A stretch of DNA of 62,651 bases, filler included, from Nemertoderma westbladi (lineage: Eukaryota; Animalia; Xenacoelomorpha), in NCBI GenBank assembly GCA_032718475.1. It is 4 parts of 4 records of this genome, joined end to end, with 100 filler letters (N's around TTAATTAATTAA, not from the genome) between each part and the next. Parts side by side here need not be neighbours in the genome. Positions count along the whole stretch, not along the records: positions 23,417 to 45,930 come from JAUCBJ010006285.1; 3 more parts are not named here. One strand, 5' to 3'. The position numbers and the translations under genes are program-made. The notes beneath the pieces are model-generated. The model was given only the letters and a program-made list of their open reading frames with translations, searched no databases and was not told the origin of the DNA. Below are positions 26,420 through 39,545 of the stretch, one piece after another. The stretch's first letter is position 1. Every line of letters begins with the position of its first letter.

Positions 26420-26563
26420 GGAGTGGGGTGGGTTTGTAATCAATCTCAGAGTCAGATGGAAGGGGGTAGGGGACTGGTTGATTATTATTACTGGGAGGTG
26501 GGGTGGGTTTGTAATCTCAGAGTCAGATGGGAGGGGGTATGGGACTGGTTGATTAGTATTACT
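26420..26563 (+). repeat. Two-copy ~70-bp tandem duplication
   Basis: ggggtgggtttgtaatc..tcagagtcagatgg..gggactggttgatta.tattact occurs twice. Confidence 0.8.
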
Positions 26564-27873
26564 AACAATAAATGAAACTGTAACCTGTTATATTGATTTT
26601 AATTTATTGTTTTGGTTAGAATAACGTGCCACTGTAACCTTCTCCTTTCAGTTAATTGATAAATTTAACATGAAGACGATATATTAATTCACCGAGATCT
26701 AATCTCTACTATAATCTTCGCCGCGCTCTGATTTTAAACTTCCCGCTCTGTAATTTAAAGAAAGGGTTACCGATATGCTGTGGATGGAATAATTTAATTA
26801 AATAGTTATTGTTTGTTTTAATCTTTTGTTTTTAGAATTAAAGAAAGCATAAATAAATAAATTGAATACAACAAACAGCACATATATAAATGCAACGTTT
26901 AATATACTAAAAAAAAAACTAAAAGTTAAGACTAAAAAGCTTAGATTAAAAAGCTTAACATAGCGAACGTAAACGTAATGGTATGATGCGTCCTACATGT
27001 GCAGAGAGATAGCATAATTTAATTCATTCAGGACTTTTTACAACAAAGTTTATTTGTTATTTTATGTGTCTATTTACGCTGCGTGTCCGTTTCGGAGTTA
27101 AGAAACTATTAAAATAACGTGTTTCCCGAAAAATCACCTTGCCAAAAAATGATTTAAAAATACTAACTAGATTACATTAATAAATTAAAATGTAACGAGC
27201 GAAATCCAAATTCATGGTTAGCATTCAAGACTCCCCGCTAAACCTCACTGTAACTTATAGATCTTTCTATACAACTACTAATAATACTCCAACTAACTAC
27301 TATATTAAATCGCTTACAGGCTAAATTAAATACAGAATAATAACTACTTCATAATCCAACATAGATCGCACCAATTACAAAAAGTCAAACGGCATAGTAT
27401 AAAAACCCTATCGTAGTAATTATATTTAATTAATTATATAAGTAATCGTTGGTTTATTATTTATTATAAGTGACACAATTTAATAACAAAGATCAATACG
27501 TTTATTACAACTTAATCAATTTGTAGCAATGTGTTGGGCTGGGCACATACGATGTAACATTTCTTGAGGAAACTGAATAAAAAATATAACTAATATATGA
27601 GTAGAAAATGTTGATTGTGGACAGCCAAACCCTTAATTGTACACGTGCCTGAGATTTGAGAAAGGGCATGCACTAAACCCCTAGCAGGTGTGAGAGCGTG
27701 TGGAGCTATATAATTAGCCAATAGAAACGAAAGCATTGTGTTTGTGGGAGGCAATACAACAATTATATGTCACAGTTATAAAATATTTAAGGATATAATC
27801 TACACCCCCACTTATACTTATAGTATTTCGTATATTATTATACCGGTTAGGTGTTGTGACGTAGCTTTGGTAA

Positions 27874-29443
27874 TTAAACAGAAGTTTCACTTTGCAACCT
27901 CAGAATAAATCGATTGCGGTTTCGGGTCTATATAAGTTTCCCTGATGCGGAAGAAAGGGAGCCGGGCGACGTAGACAACGAGCGAGACCTCGGCCTGTCT
28001 GCAGACGGAAACCGAGGGCCCATCGGAGATACCGTTAACGACCTGATGGTCGCTGATGAGTTCCCAGTACTCGATGGGGTGCAGTTCGCTGGAGTTTGCG
28101 ATCACGGGTCCCGGTCTCGTGTACCTCTCCAGGAAGGCCAACGCGCTGAACTCCATACTGATGGTCCAGGCGAGATGGTTGATGATATTGTCCAACGTGT
28201 AGCGATGCTGCTGTCTGGTAACACGGAGGTACTTTTGCAGAGCTCGCGCCATAGACGGGAATATCGTTTGTGCTGACTCCAACGGTTCCATAACAGACAA
28301 CCCCGATGGTCTACCTTCATCGTACTCGTAACGCTTTATGTGAGCGAACGCTTCTTCCGCCGCTATTATTAGACGAGCTTCACGCTTTTTTACGCGGCGC
28401 TGGAAATCCTGCTCGTGATAGAATCGGTGGTTGTGCGTGGAGTCGCGCATTCCTAGCGGCGGCTGCGATCACAGCTCTAGACGCGCCGCTGCTCCCTGCG
28501 TCCGACGGCTCCCCGTCCAGATGGTACAGCGTGAAGCTCCCCCAGACCCCCGTTAGAGACGCTCCCGTTGCCAGGGTGATGGGACATGTTGACCAGAGCG
28601 GGGTTACTAGACTGGGAAATCTTTGTAGTACTGCTCGAGCACCCAGGATGCGGTCTCCTGCACGCTGAGCTGGCCCACGTTGTAGTACCGAGATTCCCCG
28701 TCTATGGTGCGCACCACCTTTACTGTGTAGCAGCACCGCTGGTGTCGTATCTCTATGAAAATAAGCGCTAAGTAGTGGATAAATAGGAGCCCGTCTACAA
28801 GAGTCACTGAAAAGTCCACTATCGATTTATAGTCGCGGTCTTTATAACGAATTATGCGGAACCAAAAGAATAACCAATAGGAGACGCATAGAGTGAGGGT
28901 TAGAAGACGTAACGCCACTTTACACATATTGATGGCAGGAAGGTAGGAGCGCGGTTGGCGGGCGTACAAACCGTAACTCCCAATCGCTAAAACGAGTAAC
29001 TTAAACGCGATGCTGATGTAGTAGCCGTCGCATGGTGTGCCGCACGGTTCCGTGTCCCACATAAGCATGGGAACCAGGAGGAAGGCTACTGGCGAAACGA
29101 ACGCGACCATGCACACGAATAGCGTGGTCATACAGGTGGCGACGTCATGGCAACGGTACCACCAGTCGCTATGGATACGGTCCCGGAAGTAGCCGGTGTA
29201 AGTGTCGCCGTGGCCGGCCCCTGAGTCACCCCCGTTGGACGAGTTCTCGTGCTCGCTCGTTAGGGTCGTTAGGGCCTCCCAGCCCCGCTGTTTCTCGTCG
29301 TTGGTCTGGGGGAGGATCTCCAGGTTGACCACAGAGTCTCTAGACGGCGGGTTGGGTTCGCCCTCAGGGTGGTAACGGGGCGAGCCGTTCGGGCGAAGGG
29401 GCATCTCAGATTCGGAATCCATCAGTTGGGTGAATGCAGTCAT
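27874..29443 (-). CDS. Vang: Van Gogh/Strabismus planar cell polarity protein, intronless; frame broken by >=4 single-base insertions (probably assembly errors)
   Basis: Four TM segments and DGESRYYNVGQLSVQ..WVLEQYYKDFPV. After frame correction it continues YNPAL...SRAVIAAAARMRDSTHN...EEAFAHIKR...MARALQKYLR and ends in the PDZ-binding motif RLQSETSV* (TAA 27876-27874). Removing 4 nt gives 521 aa. Confidence 0.93.
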
Positions 29444-29819
29444 TGGGCGGTAGAGGGCGGCGTCTTACATTCACAGAGTGAATTTTATACGTCTTTTAAT
29501 TGAAGGCAAAGCATAAACAATAGGTAAACCAATGAGCTAACAGTTGGCTCAAGGTATAAGTAGAAGACTCAAATTTCGGACGATGGATAATCGGTTAGGT
29601 ACTTGAAGAATTTTTGATGAACATATGATAACATATGAGAGAGAACCAGAGAATCCAAGTAAATACGTTGAAATTAATTTTTAAAATATGCAATGTGTAA
29701 TCTATAAAGTCTATAAGTATTCTATAAATTATAACAATAACCCTTACACAGCTACAAAATACATTTTCTTAAATTAGTTTTATATTAATCTTAAAAGTAG
29801 GTAAAATAAAATAAACTTA

Positions 29820-30334
29820 GGCCCCCCTCACACGGAGCAACTTGTTTCTGCAACTTGTTTCTGAAACTTGTTGCTGGACCCCCTCACACACAGAAACAAG
29901 TTGCTGCAACTTGTTTCTGCAACTTGTTTCCGAAACTTGTTTCAGCAACTTGTTGCTGGCCCCCCCTCACACACAGAAACTTGTTGCTGAAGAAAATAAC
30001 AATTATTTCCAAATAAATAGCTAACATGTCCAGTCATTTGTATATAATATCACATCACTCAAATTATCTAATATTAGCTAGTATCAAAATGGAATGTAAT
30101 AAAAGTTTTTCAAAAAGTTGCTGGGAATATAACTTCCAGCAACTTGTTGCTGGACTCCCTCACACACAGAAATAAGTTGCGGAAACAAGTTGCAGAAACT
30201 TGTTGCTGGAGTCCTCACACACAGAAACAAGTTTCGGAAACAAGTTGCAGCAACAAGTTTCTGTGTGTGAGGGGGTCCAGCAACAAGTTTCAGAAACAAG
30301 TTGCAGAAACAAGTTGCTCCGTGTGAGGGGGGCC
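29820..30334. mobile_element. PIF/Harbinger-like MITE with internally repetitive TIRs
   Basis: tta|GGCCCCCCTCACACGGAGCAACTTGTTTCTGC... is mirrored by ...GTTGCTCCGTGTGAGGGGGGCC|taa. Multiple AACTTGTT subrepeats. Confidence 0.85.
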
Positions 30335-30601
30335 TAAATCATTAACATAAATAACTTTGTAATAAATTAAAGACATTTTTTTATTAAAATAATTTTATTA
30401 TCAAGTATATCAAATTAAATCATCGTTTTACTTTAATATAAAAAATAATTTTTAATACTTTTAATACATTTTAGGAAATAATTAAAATTGTATGGAAAAT
30501 CCTTTAATCCTTAAATGCTACGTGCATTATACACGGCAACGAATCAAAAACGGAAAGACCGATTAATAGATTAATAGATAGCAAATAATTCCTACTTTGT
30601 T

Positions 30602-30632
<31 letters not shown>

Positions 30633-33269
30633 GGGGGGGGGTACAGAGACGGAAATACACTACTCTCACAAACATCCAAGGTACGAGGTAAGACTAAACG
30701 ACAACCTTCTTGGGTTTGGAATGTTGCAAATATAAGATTATTATGTAATACAAACTGTTTATCTTTCCCGCTGTAAGACAATCAATAAAATATAAAGTAA
30801 ATTCCAAGAATAATATCGATTAGTATTAACGGTACTATTCAGGGCCAAATTCCAGGAAACAGTATTATAATTATAAGCCTAGCCATTATTATTATAGCAA
30901 AAACCATTTCAGGCAGAATAAGTTCCCTATTAGTTTTCTGAACATGACAAGACTGTAGTGAGATATCGTATTAGAAATCCTTAAATAATATATTGGGAAG
31001 CAGCTGGGTTTATATCAATACCTAAAGACAGTACGTCTGCAAGTGTAGAAGGGCAGACTGCCCGTCGTCACTTCTCATTACAGACCCTCTCCCTGGGATG
31101 TAACACTACAACCAATTACACCCAATGTATGGCACGATTCCTAGTCTGCGCACAGTAGATGATCCTGGGACACTTAATCAACCAGGATACCTGCTAGTCT
31201 GTATTAGAATTGTTCACTAATGAATTATGTTTCAGACGAATGTTATTGAGTGAATGACTCAGCCTCGGGGCTTTAAGTTAAGTGGTAGTTGAGTGGTCTG
31301 AGCTGCTGGTATTATTGAAGGTCTACTATGTCTGTCTCCACTGGAAGTGGGAATACTTAAGTATACAATAGTGTGTCAGTGTCAGTAAGAGTAAGTACCT
31401 GTTTGTTTAAGATCTCGAGTTGCCCAGTGTCACGTCACCGTCAGCCTTCTCTCACTACTCTACAGTATTCAATTAATAATTGAATTTAAATTGGATCGCA
31501 AATTGTTGGATTCAATACAGATATCAATCAACAAAATGCACCAAAACCAACAACACACTAGTTATTAAAACACAAATTCCAAATATATTAGTAAAATAAC
31601 AGATACAGAGTGAATCAGACTTCTAATACGATATTAATCTTAATAATTATTTGAAAACGGCTTTTCAGGATATTCAGGTGGTCGGTAAACCAATGAACAC
31701 TCCCAAGTATTCCAAACCAATAAATATTATAATTATGTTGTATATTCATTCCATCGAATAATTCTTCATCAATATATAAGTAAAAATAAAATCTACCAAT
31801 ACCGCCGGCTAATTGACTTTTAACAGCTGTTGTACTGAAAGAAAAACGCTTATTTACAACTAACTCAACTCACTATATATAATACCACTACATCAAATTG
31901 CTGCTCTTGTCCAGCAAAGGTGATGATGATTAAACATCAATGGTTATTTACTGGTGGTTTTACGACGCGATCGCCGCAATTACAAATCTACTTATTGTAA
32001 ATTCACCACGAGTAACCAGATAAATAATATGTACGCAGCACAACAAAAGGAAAGCATTATGCAATGCAGCATAATAAAATCCCCTAAACAAACACTATTA
32101 AGAAGATTTAAAAATTTACACACGAGTGAAGAGGACGTGCCATACAATTTGGATTTATTACGGTGGATACGGGATTAGATAGTTGCACGCGATATTCCTC
32201 CTAACCACTGGTTGGGTAGGCAGGCTGGCAGTGCAGGCAATCCCGGCAACCATGCGGAACGGCTACTGTACCAAAGGGACTGATTCACCAGGGAGTGAGT
32301 ATAATGGCTCGGGGGATGACAGAGCCAGTCCGGTGTTTGCAGAGAGTGCCTGTAGTTAGCGCTTGGCCATGGATGGGGACAGCCGCGTACAAAACCACTG
32401 CTTTCCAGGAGCTGCACTGTAAGCCGATGAATCATAGCGGCTTTGTTTTGCTCAATAGAGTGCCAAGCATTCCTTTGACAGCTCTCATGGGAATCGATAT
32501 AATGAATAGTACACACGTGAACCCTCCCTTGAGTTTCTTGACACCTTGCGTAACATATTTATTTACTACAACAGGCATTGTTAATGATTACAAACAATTA
32601 TTATTGGATGTTTGAAAATGTTTCAAGGATATTTGTTTGGAAACAAAAGACCGGGGGCAACGAGAAGGTTTCTCTCTCTCTTGGTGTTGTTATTTGTCAG
32701 GCAATAAGGGTGCCACTCTATCTTCCAAGGTTAAACACTGCAGAACTTCCGAACGCAGTGATTTACTCCACCAGTAGAATGATGACCTGACAACGCAACG
32801 CTTTGTTTTCGGAATAGATAGGAAACTGCAACCGGCTCGACCACGGATATCGAAACCAGTAGTTAGTTATTCAATTCAGATTTTTAGGTAGAATTTTCAC
32901 CTGTACCAGGTTGGTTATATATAGTTAAATAAATCAATAAAGTTAACAACCTGAATTGTCCATCGTGGCCTTTATATTTGTATCTTGAACCTCGCGAGAC
33001 TTTGGGAAATGTACAGCACTAGAGTTTGTGTCTATAATGAACTTTCACACGAACCTAGACTGAGTTCTGGTACAGCTGTAAAACACAATTAGTTCCTAAC
33101 GACTCGGGTGGCAATTGCCGATGTTATCTGTCGTCCGCGATCCACTGCTGTCAAACTGTCCTCATATTATACCAGAACATCAGGGCGGAACGAGAAGTTG
33201 ACAAAAATACTGTCTGGAATTGCTCGACCTTATTCGCTGTGATATTTGAAATATTCTCTAATTGTAGGT

Positions 33270-33920
33270 ACTACTACTACTACTAGGATCGGAATGCTGC
33301 ATTGCAGCTGCATTTTTAAGAATGCTGTGCCGGCTTGTCGACAAAATTGCGCCGCCACAACTCCCTATTATCCATGACATTTGCTAGATCATCCGCATCT
33401 TCAAGGCCAGTGTTCTTTAAGATGCGTCTCAAGAAAGTCATGGACTGTCCACCATGCTTATTCACTCCAAGATTAATACAGTACAAGATTAGTACAAGAT
33501 AAGTACAAGATTATGCACTGGCTGGTCCTCACGGCGAAAGCAATGTCCTGCAAAGCGGAGGAGATTTTGTTCTAGTGTCAAGCTTGGGGGAACCAATGAG
33601 ACACCTCCAATGTTATATAGTTTCTGGTTGGAAATGTGTGCATTGTACTTGACACAATGAACACGGCGTAGCATTCTTGTGAATGTGCCATCCAGAGATT
33701 TGGTGTCCTCAGCAGTTAGAGCCCAGCATGGACTCCCATAGAGGAGTACTGGAACTACTGCTGCTCTAAATAATCGGACCTTAAGTTTCCGATTAATTCA
33801 GGGTGACTTCCAAATCCTGGAAAGCCTATTCAAGGCTGCCCTTGCCTTTCCCTTACGTATTCGAAGGTCCTCACCTGACTTCCGGATCCATGATCCCAGG
33901 TAACAGAAGTCGTCCACATG
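33270..33920 (-). mobile_element. 5'-truncated RTE LINE with 12-bp TSD
   Basis: Same family as 19432-20100, with a (TAG)n tail. TSD CTAATTGTAGGT at 33258-33269 and 33921-33932. Confidence 0.92.
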
Positions 33921-36306
33921 CTAATTGTAGGTGAATCTCACTTTGTGCAAATCGAAATGGATTAGTTAAAGATGGGAGAACCCGGAACCACTTAAACCAT
34001 TCCCTCAACTTTCTTCCCACCTCTGCACCCTCTTTACAAGCCGCCTTCAGACCCAAATCGTCTCGTTTGACATTTGGTAACCTTCCCCCAGTCACCACAG
34101 ATCTCCAACCAGTCCATATTACCATGTACACCAGTGGATGTGTCTCATTAGCCGCCCCAACCTTGACACCATCCCGTGCCCGTTTGGTGGCCTCATGGGG
34201 AATCAAAGCCAATATCTTTCTTGAGACGCATTTTAATGGAATTTGTTATAATGATGCTGATACTCTTGCGAAAAAAGTGTTGTTATGCGGTGCAATTTTG
34301 TCGATACGTCAAGCGCTTATAACAACCTGCCAATTATAAATATATTCTTCCCGTTCCCTTTTCCAATAACAGCATAATAAATACCTAATTATCAAAATAA
34401 ATTTCTAATTATCACTATTCCCTGGAGCTTGTTACCTCCCTCTAGCGGAATTCGCGAATACTTGAACCATCCTGATCTCGTTTATGCTTATCAAACGAAT
34501 GTGACGTACATTTATTATAACTAACGAAAGGACATACTAATTAATTGTTTTGTAAGTAAATTAATTTAAGTTTATTTTATTTTATTTGTAAGTAAAGTAA
34601 TTGTAAGTAAAATTGTCCATGTAATAATGTACAATGTCATAAACTAATGGTAAATGTATGGTTAAGGCTTTCCTCACTAAAGTGGCTCGCCCCACGAACC
34701 AATTTAACGCGCCTCTTCAATTTAAGGTTATAGTTTAACCTACTGTTGTAATAAAGTATCTATTATAGCTAAGAGTAAAATGCTTTCAGTTTTTAATGTC
34801 ATGGTAAAATAAATAGAACGTGTCCCAGAGAGTTGGGCAATTACTGTAATGGAAAAGTAAGGATATTCACCCCGGTTGATTGAGTTCAGTTCATTAAGGT
34901 TTATGATTCACATTAACTCGTTGGTAGAAGATGGATGAATAAAGGGCGGGGCAAATTGGCCTAACGATATTCAACTCTAATGGACGCAACACGGTTACCA
35001 TTTCCAGTAAATCTCTCCGTAGGGGTTAAAGTGGCGAATAACCAATCAAATAGCCGCCATGCCTGCGACGTAATATTCCGGAAAATACAATGGAATTCCA
35101 CGAAACTTAATAATACAATTATTTATAAACAGACGACCCGATACTATCAGTTTTACCTGTGGGTAAGCAACAACAACTTGGCCGAATTTCAGTTACCTAG
35201 GCCTACTGAAATTCAAGTTTTACACTTATTGGACGATTAAGCTTATGCTACTCTTCTTAGGAATTGGTTCAACAGAATGGCTTGAAATTTAGAGGGGAAT
35301 TAATTTTGCATGTGTCGCTTTGCATGTGTTGAACCTCACATTTTTGTGTCTCTGAACCCTAAAATTAGGTGAAAATAATTTTTTGTGCTACAAAACATCG
35401 TCTGGACTGTGTAAGAATAACCAAACAAAATATTTTTGAAATTTGCGCCAAAATGGCTCCGTAATGGCCAAAAGTGCCATTTTGTGCCAAAGGCTATTTT
35501 TCCACCAATATTGAAATTTGCCAAAATTTGGAATATAAGTTCAGAAGAAACCTGCATCCAATTGTTCTGATCAAATTTTGCCACAAATGCTCTGGAGACT
35601 TTTTAGATCAAAAAGGCCCCAAAAAAAGGGCTTTTTTTGGCCTTTTTGATATAAAACGGCTCCAGGGCATTTCCAACCAAATTTGTTCAGAAGAAGTATG
35701 GAGAAAAGTAATCTTAACACGTGTACCATATTTCAACTCATTTCAGTTAAAATTGGAGGAGAAATACAGTAGCCTTTTTCAGTAATGTCCACGAACAAGA
35801 AAAAAGTATTGGAAAGAAGCACTTTTTGCCACTAATTTTAATTTACCGAAATGTTTTTTATTTTTGTTTACCGAAAAGTTGTTCTCTACCGAAAAGTGTT
35901 TGCGGGAAAATTAATCATAAAAAGTACGACTAATTGTCTTATTTTTAAAAATATTAGTGAGAAAAAGGAGATTTTTCAAATAAAATATTTATTTTTAAAA
36001 ACACTGTAATGTATATAAACCCATTCTACAGTAGATCATACTGACCACGTCCACAAAATTTCAACCCAATTCCGCAACTGTTGCAGGAGATAAGTGGAAA
36101 ACATCCAGCCACAGAATTCAAATTTTCTAATATTTAACAAATTCGAATTTTACTTCAAAAGTAATCTTTTGTGCTTCTAGACCTACTTGTGAAAACAATT
36201 GCATATTACTGAAATCAACCAGAAAACACTTCACTCTGCTGCATTTGACTCTTCACTTCTCTTCATTAAGTGTTTGGAAGAGTTTACTTGTGTAGTGAAA
36301 GTGTTT

Positions 36307-36424
36307 ACTTACTTTTATTCAAACCACCCATCATCTTCCAAATACAGGTACACCTACTTAATTTACTTTTATCCTAACCACCCCTCTTCTTCCAAATACA
36401 GGTACACCTACTTAACTTACTTTT
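36307..36424 (-). repeat. 54-bp tandem duplication starting at a splice donor
   Basis: Minus strand: AAAA|GTAAGTTAAGTAGGTGTACCTGTATTTGGAAG... occurs twice, followed by a third AAAAGTAAGT. Confidence 0.8.
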
Positions 36425-39400
36425 TTCTCTCAATATTAACAACGGTTTGTTCTTTCATCTTCTCATTGGTATCTGTCATGTCTTTTTTTAACGCCCTTTT
36501 CTCTTCTTTAGCCTCTGCTCTTTCTTCTCCCATTGTCTCCTAAACATAAATAATTTGTAGCAATAAGTCATGAAATGATGGGTACACAGAACATAAATGT
36601 CATAACGGCAATTAATAGTAGTGTTGGGCTAGACACAGATTGGGCTAAGCCAGGGCCTTCATAAAATAAAGTTATTTTATGAAGGCCCTGGCTAAGCCTA
36701 TCTACTGTGGGAGAGTGGGGCGAGCCACGAAGTGGAAGAGGTCACACACAGATACTACTGTACTAATCGGACGATCACACTCATTAGTCTCATAGTGATA
36801 TTCTAATTGAAGCCAACATTAGAGGGTTACCTACAATATAATACCTTATCTACTACTGTACAAGGGCAATCATAGTATGTAGACCCATATCGGGTGAATT
36901 TAAACATAAATGCACAGTTATATTTATCTTCAACCACTACAGGTATTAATATTTCTTTAAATAAGCTGAATTATTTTGATTTTTGCCCCCAATTGGATGA
37001 TTTTATTCACTGAAACATTTAGTTATTTCACTCCGAGTACTCGGTACTCCGCACTAACCCTACAATAACATTACAGAAAGGGGCCTTCTAGAGTCGCACT
37101 GTGTTAAATAGTGGATAAAATAAAAGCACCTGTCGTCTTCTTAGCAAAGCTTTTTTCTACTAAATAAAATACCAAATTCTAGAACATTTTTATGTATGAA
37201 TAGCTACTGTACGTAGCTATTGCATTGTTGCCCAGCTACGTATGGGATAAACAAAGTGTTGTTGATATTGTGTATTTAATAAATAGAATAAATGATCTGC
37301 ATATGTAATACATGCAACTGGGGGGGGGGGGGGGGGGGGGCAGGTACCCGCCGAATAACGACACTACATGTACTGTATATTCCAGGACATGGTTTATTCG
37401 GTTACAAAAACCCTAGTACAGTAAAATAAAAACAGTACCGCTATAATTTCATTCCATTTAGTTAACTACTGTAAGAAAAAACCAAGGCAACATACGTATA
37501 TTCTAGAACACAATATTATTTGTAGGCATATTGTTGCTACGTTGCTTAGTAATAGGAGTTTTAACGTGGAGGAAAACATTCAGTCTGCTGTGCATAGGGT
37601 AACATACCACCGGTACCGCTACAGTAAAGTTCGTTGATGCTGTGTTTTAATTAAATATCAATGAATTCTAGAATTCAGGAGTCCTTGATAAATACAGTGT
37701 TTCAATAATATTGTGTAATAGTGATTGTTATTAATATTTTCATTGATAGATAGTATCTTTATTTAATCATCTATCATGGGCGTTTATTGCCGGGCGTTCG
37801 GCTGCGGCAGAAACAGTAAGAAAATGCCCAGGTTGAGTTTTTTCCGGTTCCCGAAGAACAACAACCTCTGCCGAATCTGGCTGGAGAACTGCGGCAACGA
37901 AAAGCTCCAGGAGAAAACAGTGGAATCTTTGCACAAGAGCTGTCGCCTGTGCGCCATACATTTCGAGGACCGAGAATTCTTCGATCCGGTCCACAAGAAC
38001 ATGTTGAACAAGGGAGCCATTCCTACCGTGTTCGACATGAGCAAACGTGTATGGCCGATAACTAAATGGGCCGAGAACAACGGCAAAGAGAACAGCGTGG
38101 GTCTGTGGTACCACAACCAGAACTACATAAAAGTAGACATAGGAGCGATTCGGAGTGAATTACTGGCGGAGGTTGGGCGTTCGAGGTCGTACGGTAATCG
38201 CTGGGTCTCAATGCGTCCCAGAGATCGGCTGTTATTGGCTATTTACCGGAGAAAATTGGTACAATCGAAGAGGAGATTGAAGGTTGTCGCAAATACGGTG
38301 GGAGAAGGGAAACTGAAACATTTGGAGAAATTAACTCCTGTTCAGATGGAAATAATTCAGATGAAAATAAACGCAATAGTCCGAAAGCAAAGCTCAAAAT
38401 AATGTATAGACACTCTGTTTTCAGTTATACAGTATATAGGCCTACGGTAATGTAGGCCTACAGTTTAGCTGACCTACAATTTGGTATAAATGAAGCAGGA
38501 ATACATGTAGGCCTACAGTTTGTATGTACTGTATAGTTCAGTAAGATGCGATAATTTTATTTTACAAAATAATTGTACTGAATGAACTCAAACTAATTAA
38601 ATATTTGTTATTTAATACATTTATATAAATTCTTTATTTTAAATTCCATATTTTATTTAATTTGTCTCCAATCAATCCTCCAAGTTAAATTTGACTTGAT
38701 TTGATAGTTACATGTTTTCACACGTATATACGCCTCCTGGCTACACAGATTAGAACCTATGCTATACAGTATAGGCCCACAGTTAGTTGCCGCACACATT
38801 ACATTACAGTAGGCTAATGTTCTTATAGTGCACTGTTTTGTAAACCTACAGTACACATAGACTACATTCCGTTATTTACCTGCAGTTTCACCATTTCTTG
38901 CTGCAGCCCAGCAATTTTTTGATTTGTTTCACGAAGTTTATCTCGCATTTCATTTAATTGAATATGTTTTCTGAAAAATAAAACAGGAAGGATAAATGTA
39001 TAATTCTATATTTTGTGCCTCACGATACTGGGACTTGACAGTGTGAAATGTGCAAAAATAATTTATGCAGTAAAACAATTCAATAAGCTTATTCACAGCT
39101 TATTCGCAGTATTTAAATTAGGGCGATTATTTTTTCTAATTTCAAATTTAATTCAATAGTTTTGCAATTTTCTTTTATGTATTATACACTACTGTATGTA
39201 TATCGATAAGTTTTCACTGCAGGTTGTTTCTGATAAATATAGGCGAGGGAGGGGGAGGGGTGGGTGTTAATTGGTAGTTAATGGTTATCACATTAAAGTA
39301 AAGTTCAATATAATTTTAAGTATAAACTTACACAGCTTTATCTGACATGCATTCATTTAAATCAGTTATAGCACTCCTGTGCTCACCCGAAATCAGTTCC

Positions 39401-39545
39401 TTTTCTGGCCGCAGCATGGCGTTGTGTTTGTCAATGACACTGATTTTCACTTCCATGTCAGCTATGTGTCGGTTAATGGCTTTTAGGCGATTTCGCAAAC
39501 TGTTCAGTTGATTGGCATTTGACTGTCGTGCGGATTGAACAGCGG
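36421..39545 (-). CDS. Three internal exons (39545-39332, 38970-38880, 36539-36421) of a coiled-coil protein, CCDC175-like
   Basis: Canonical AG/GT sites with compatible phases 1-2-0-2. Joined peptide: AVQSARQSNANQLNSLRNRL...HNAMLRPEKE...MSDKAVKHIQLNEMRDKLRETNQKIAGLQQEMVKLQETMGEERAEAKEEKRALKKDM. The family name is from remembered motif similarity only. Flanking exons were not located. Confidence 0.7.
36651..36690. mobile_element. 40-bp TIR-only palindromic insertion with 7-bp TSD
   Basis: gctaagc|CAGGGCCTTCATAAAATAA-AG-TTATTTTATGAAGGCCCTG|gctaagc. Confidence 0.65.
37776..38402 (+). CDS. THAP-domain protein (208 aa), intronless, nested antisense in an intron of the coiled-coil gene
   Basis: C2CH THAP signature: CRAFGC...FFRFP...W...LCAIHF...AIPTVF (AVPTIF box). 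Basic helical C-terminus. Confidence 0.88.
   Translation: MGVYCRAFGCGRNSKKMPRLSFFRFPKNNNLCRIWLENCGNEKLQEKTVESLHKSCRLCAIHFEDREFFDPVHKNMLNKGAIPTVFDMSKRVWPITKWAENNGKENSVGLWYHNQNYIKVDIGAIRSELLAEVGRSRSYGNRWVSMRPRDRLLLAIYRRKLVQSKRRLKVVANTVGEGKLKHLEKLTPVQMEIIQMKINAIVRKQSSK

Noticed and set aside
28607-28609. Stop-codon readthrough or alternative genetic code in Vang
   Set aside because: TAG TAA is explained by one inserted base in TAT AAC (YN). The downstream homology is in another frame, and other genes use the standard code.
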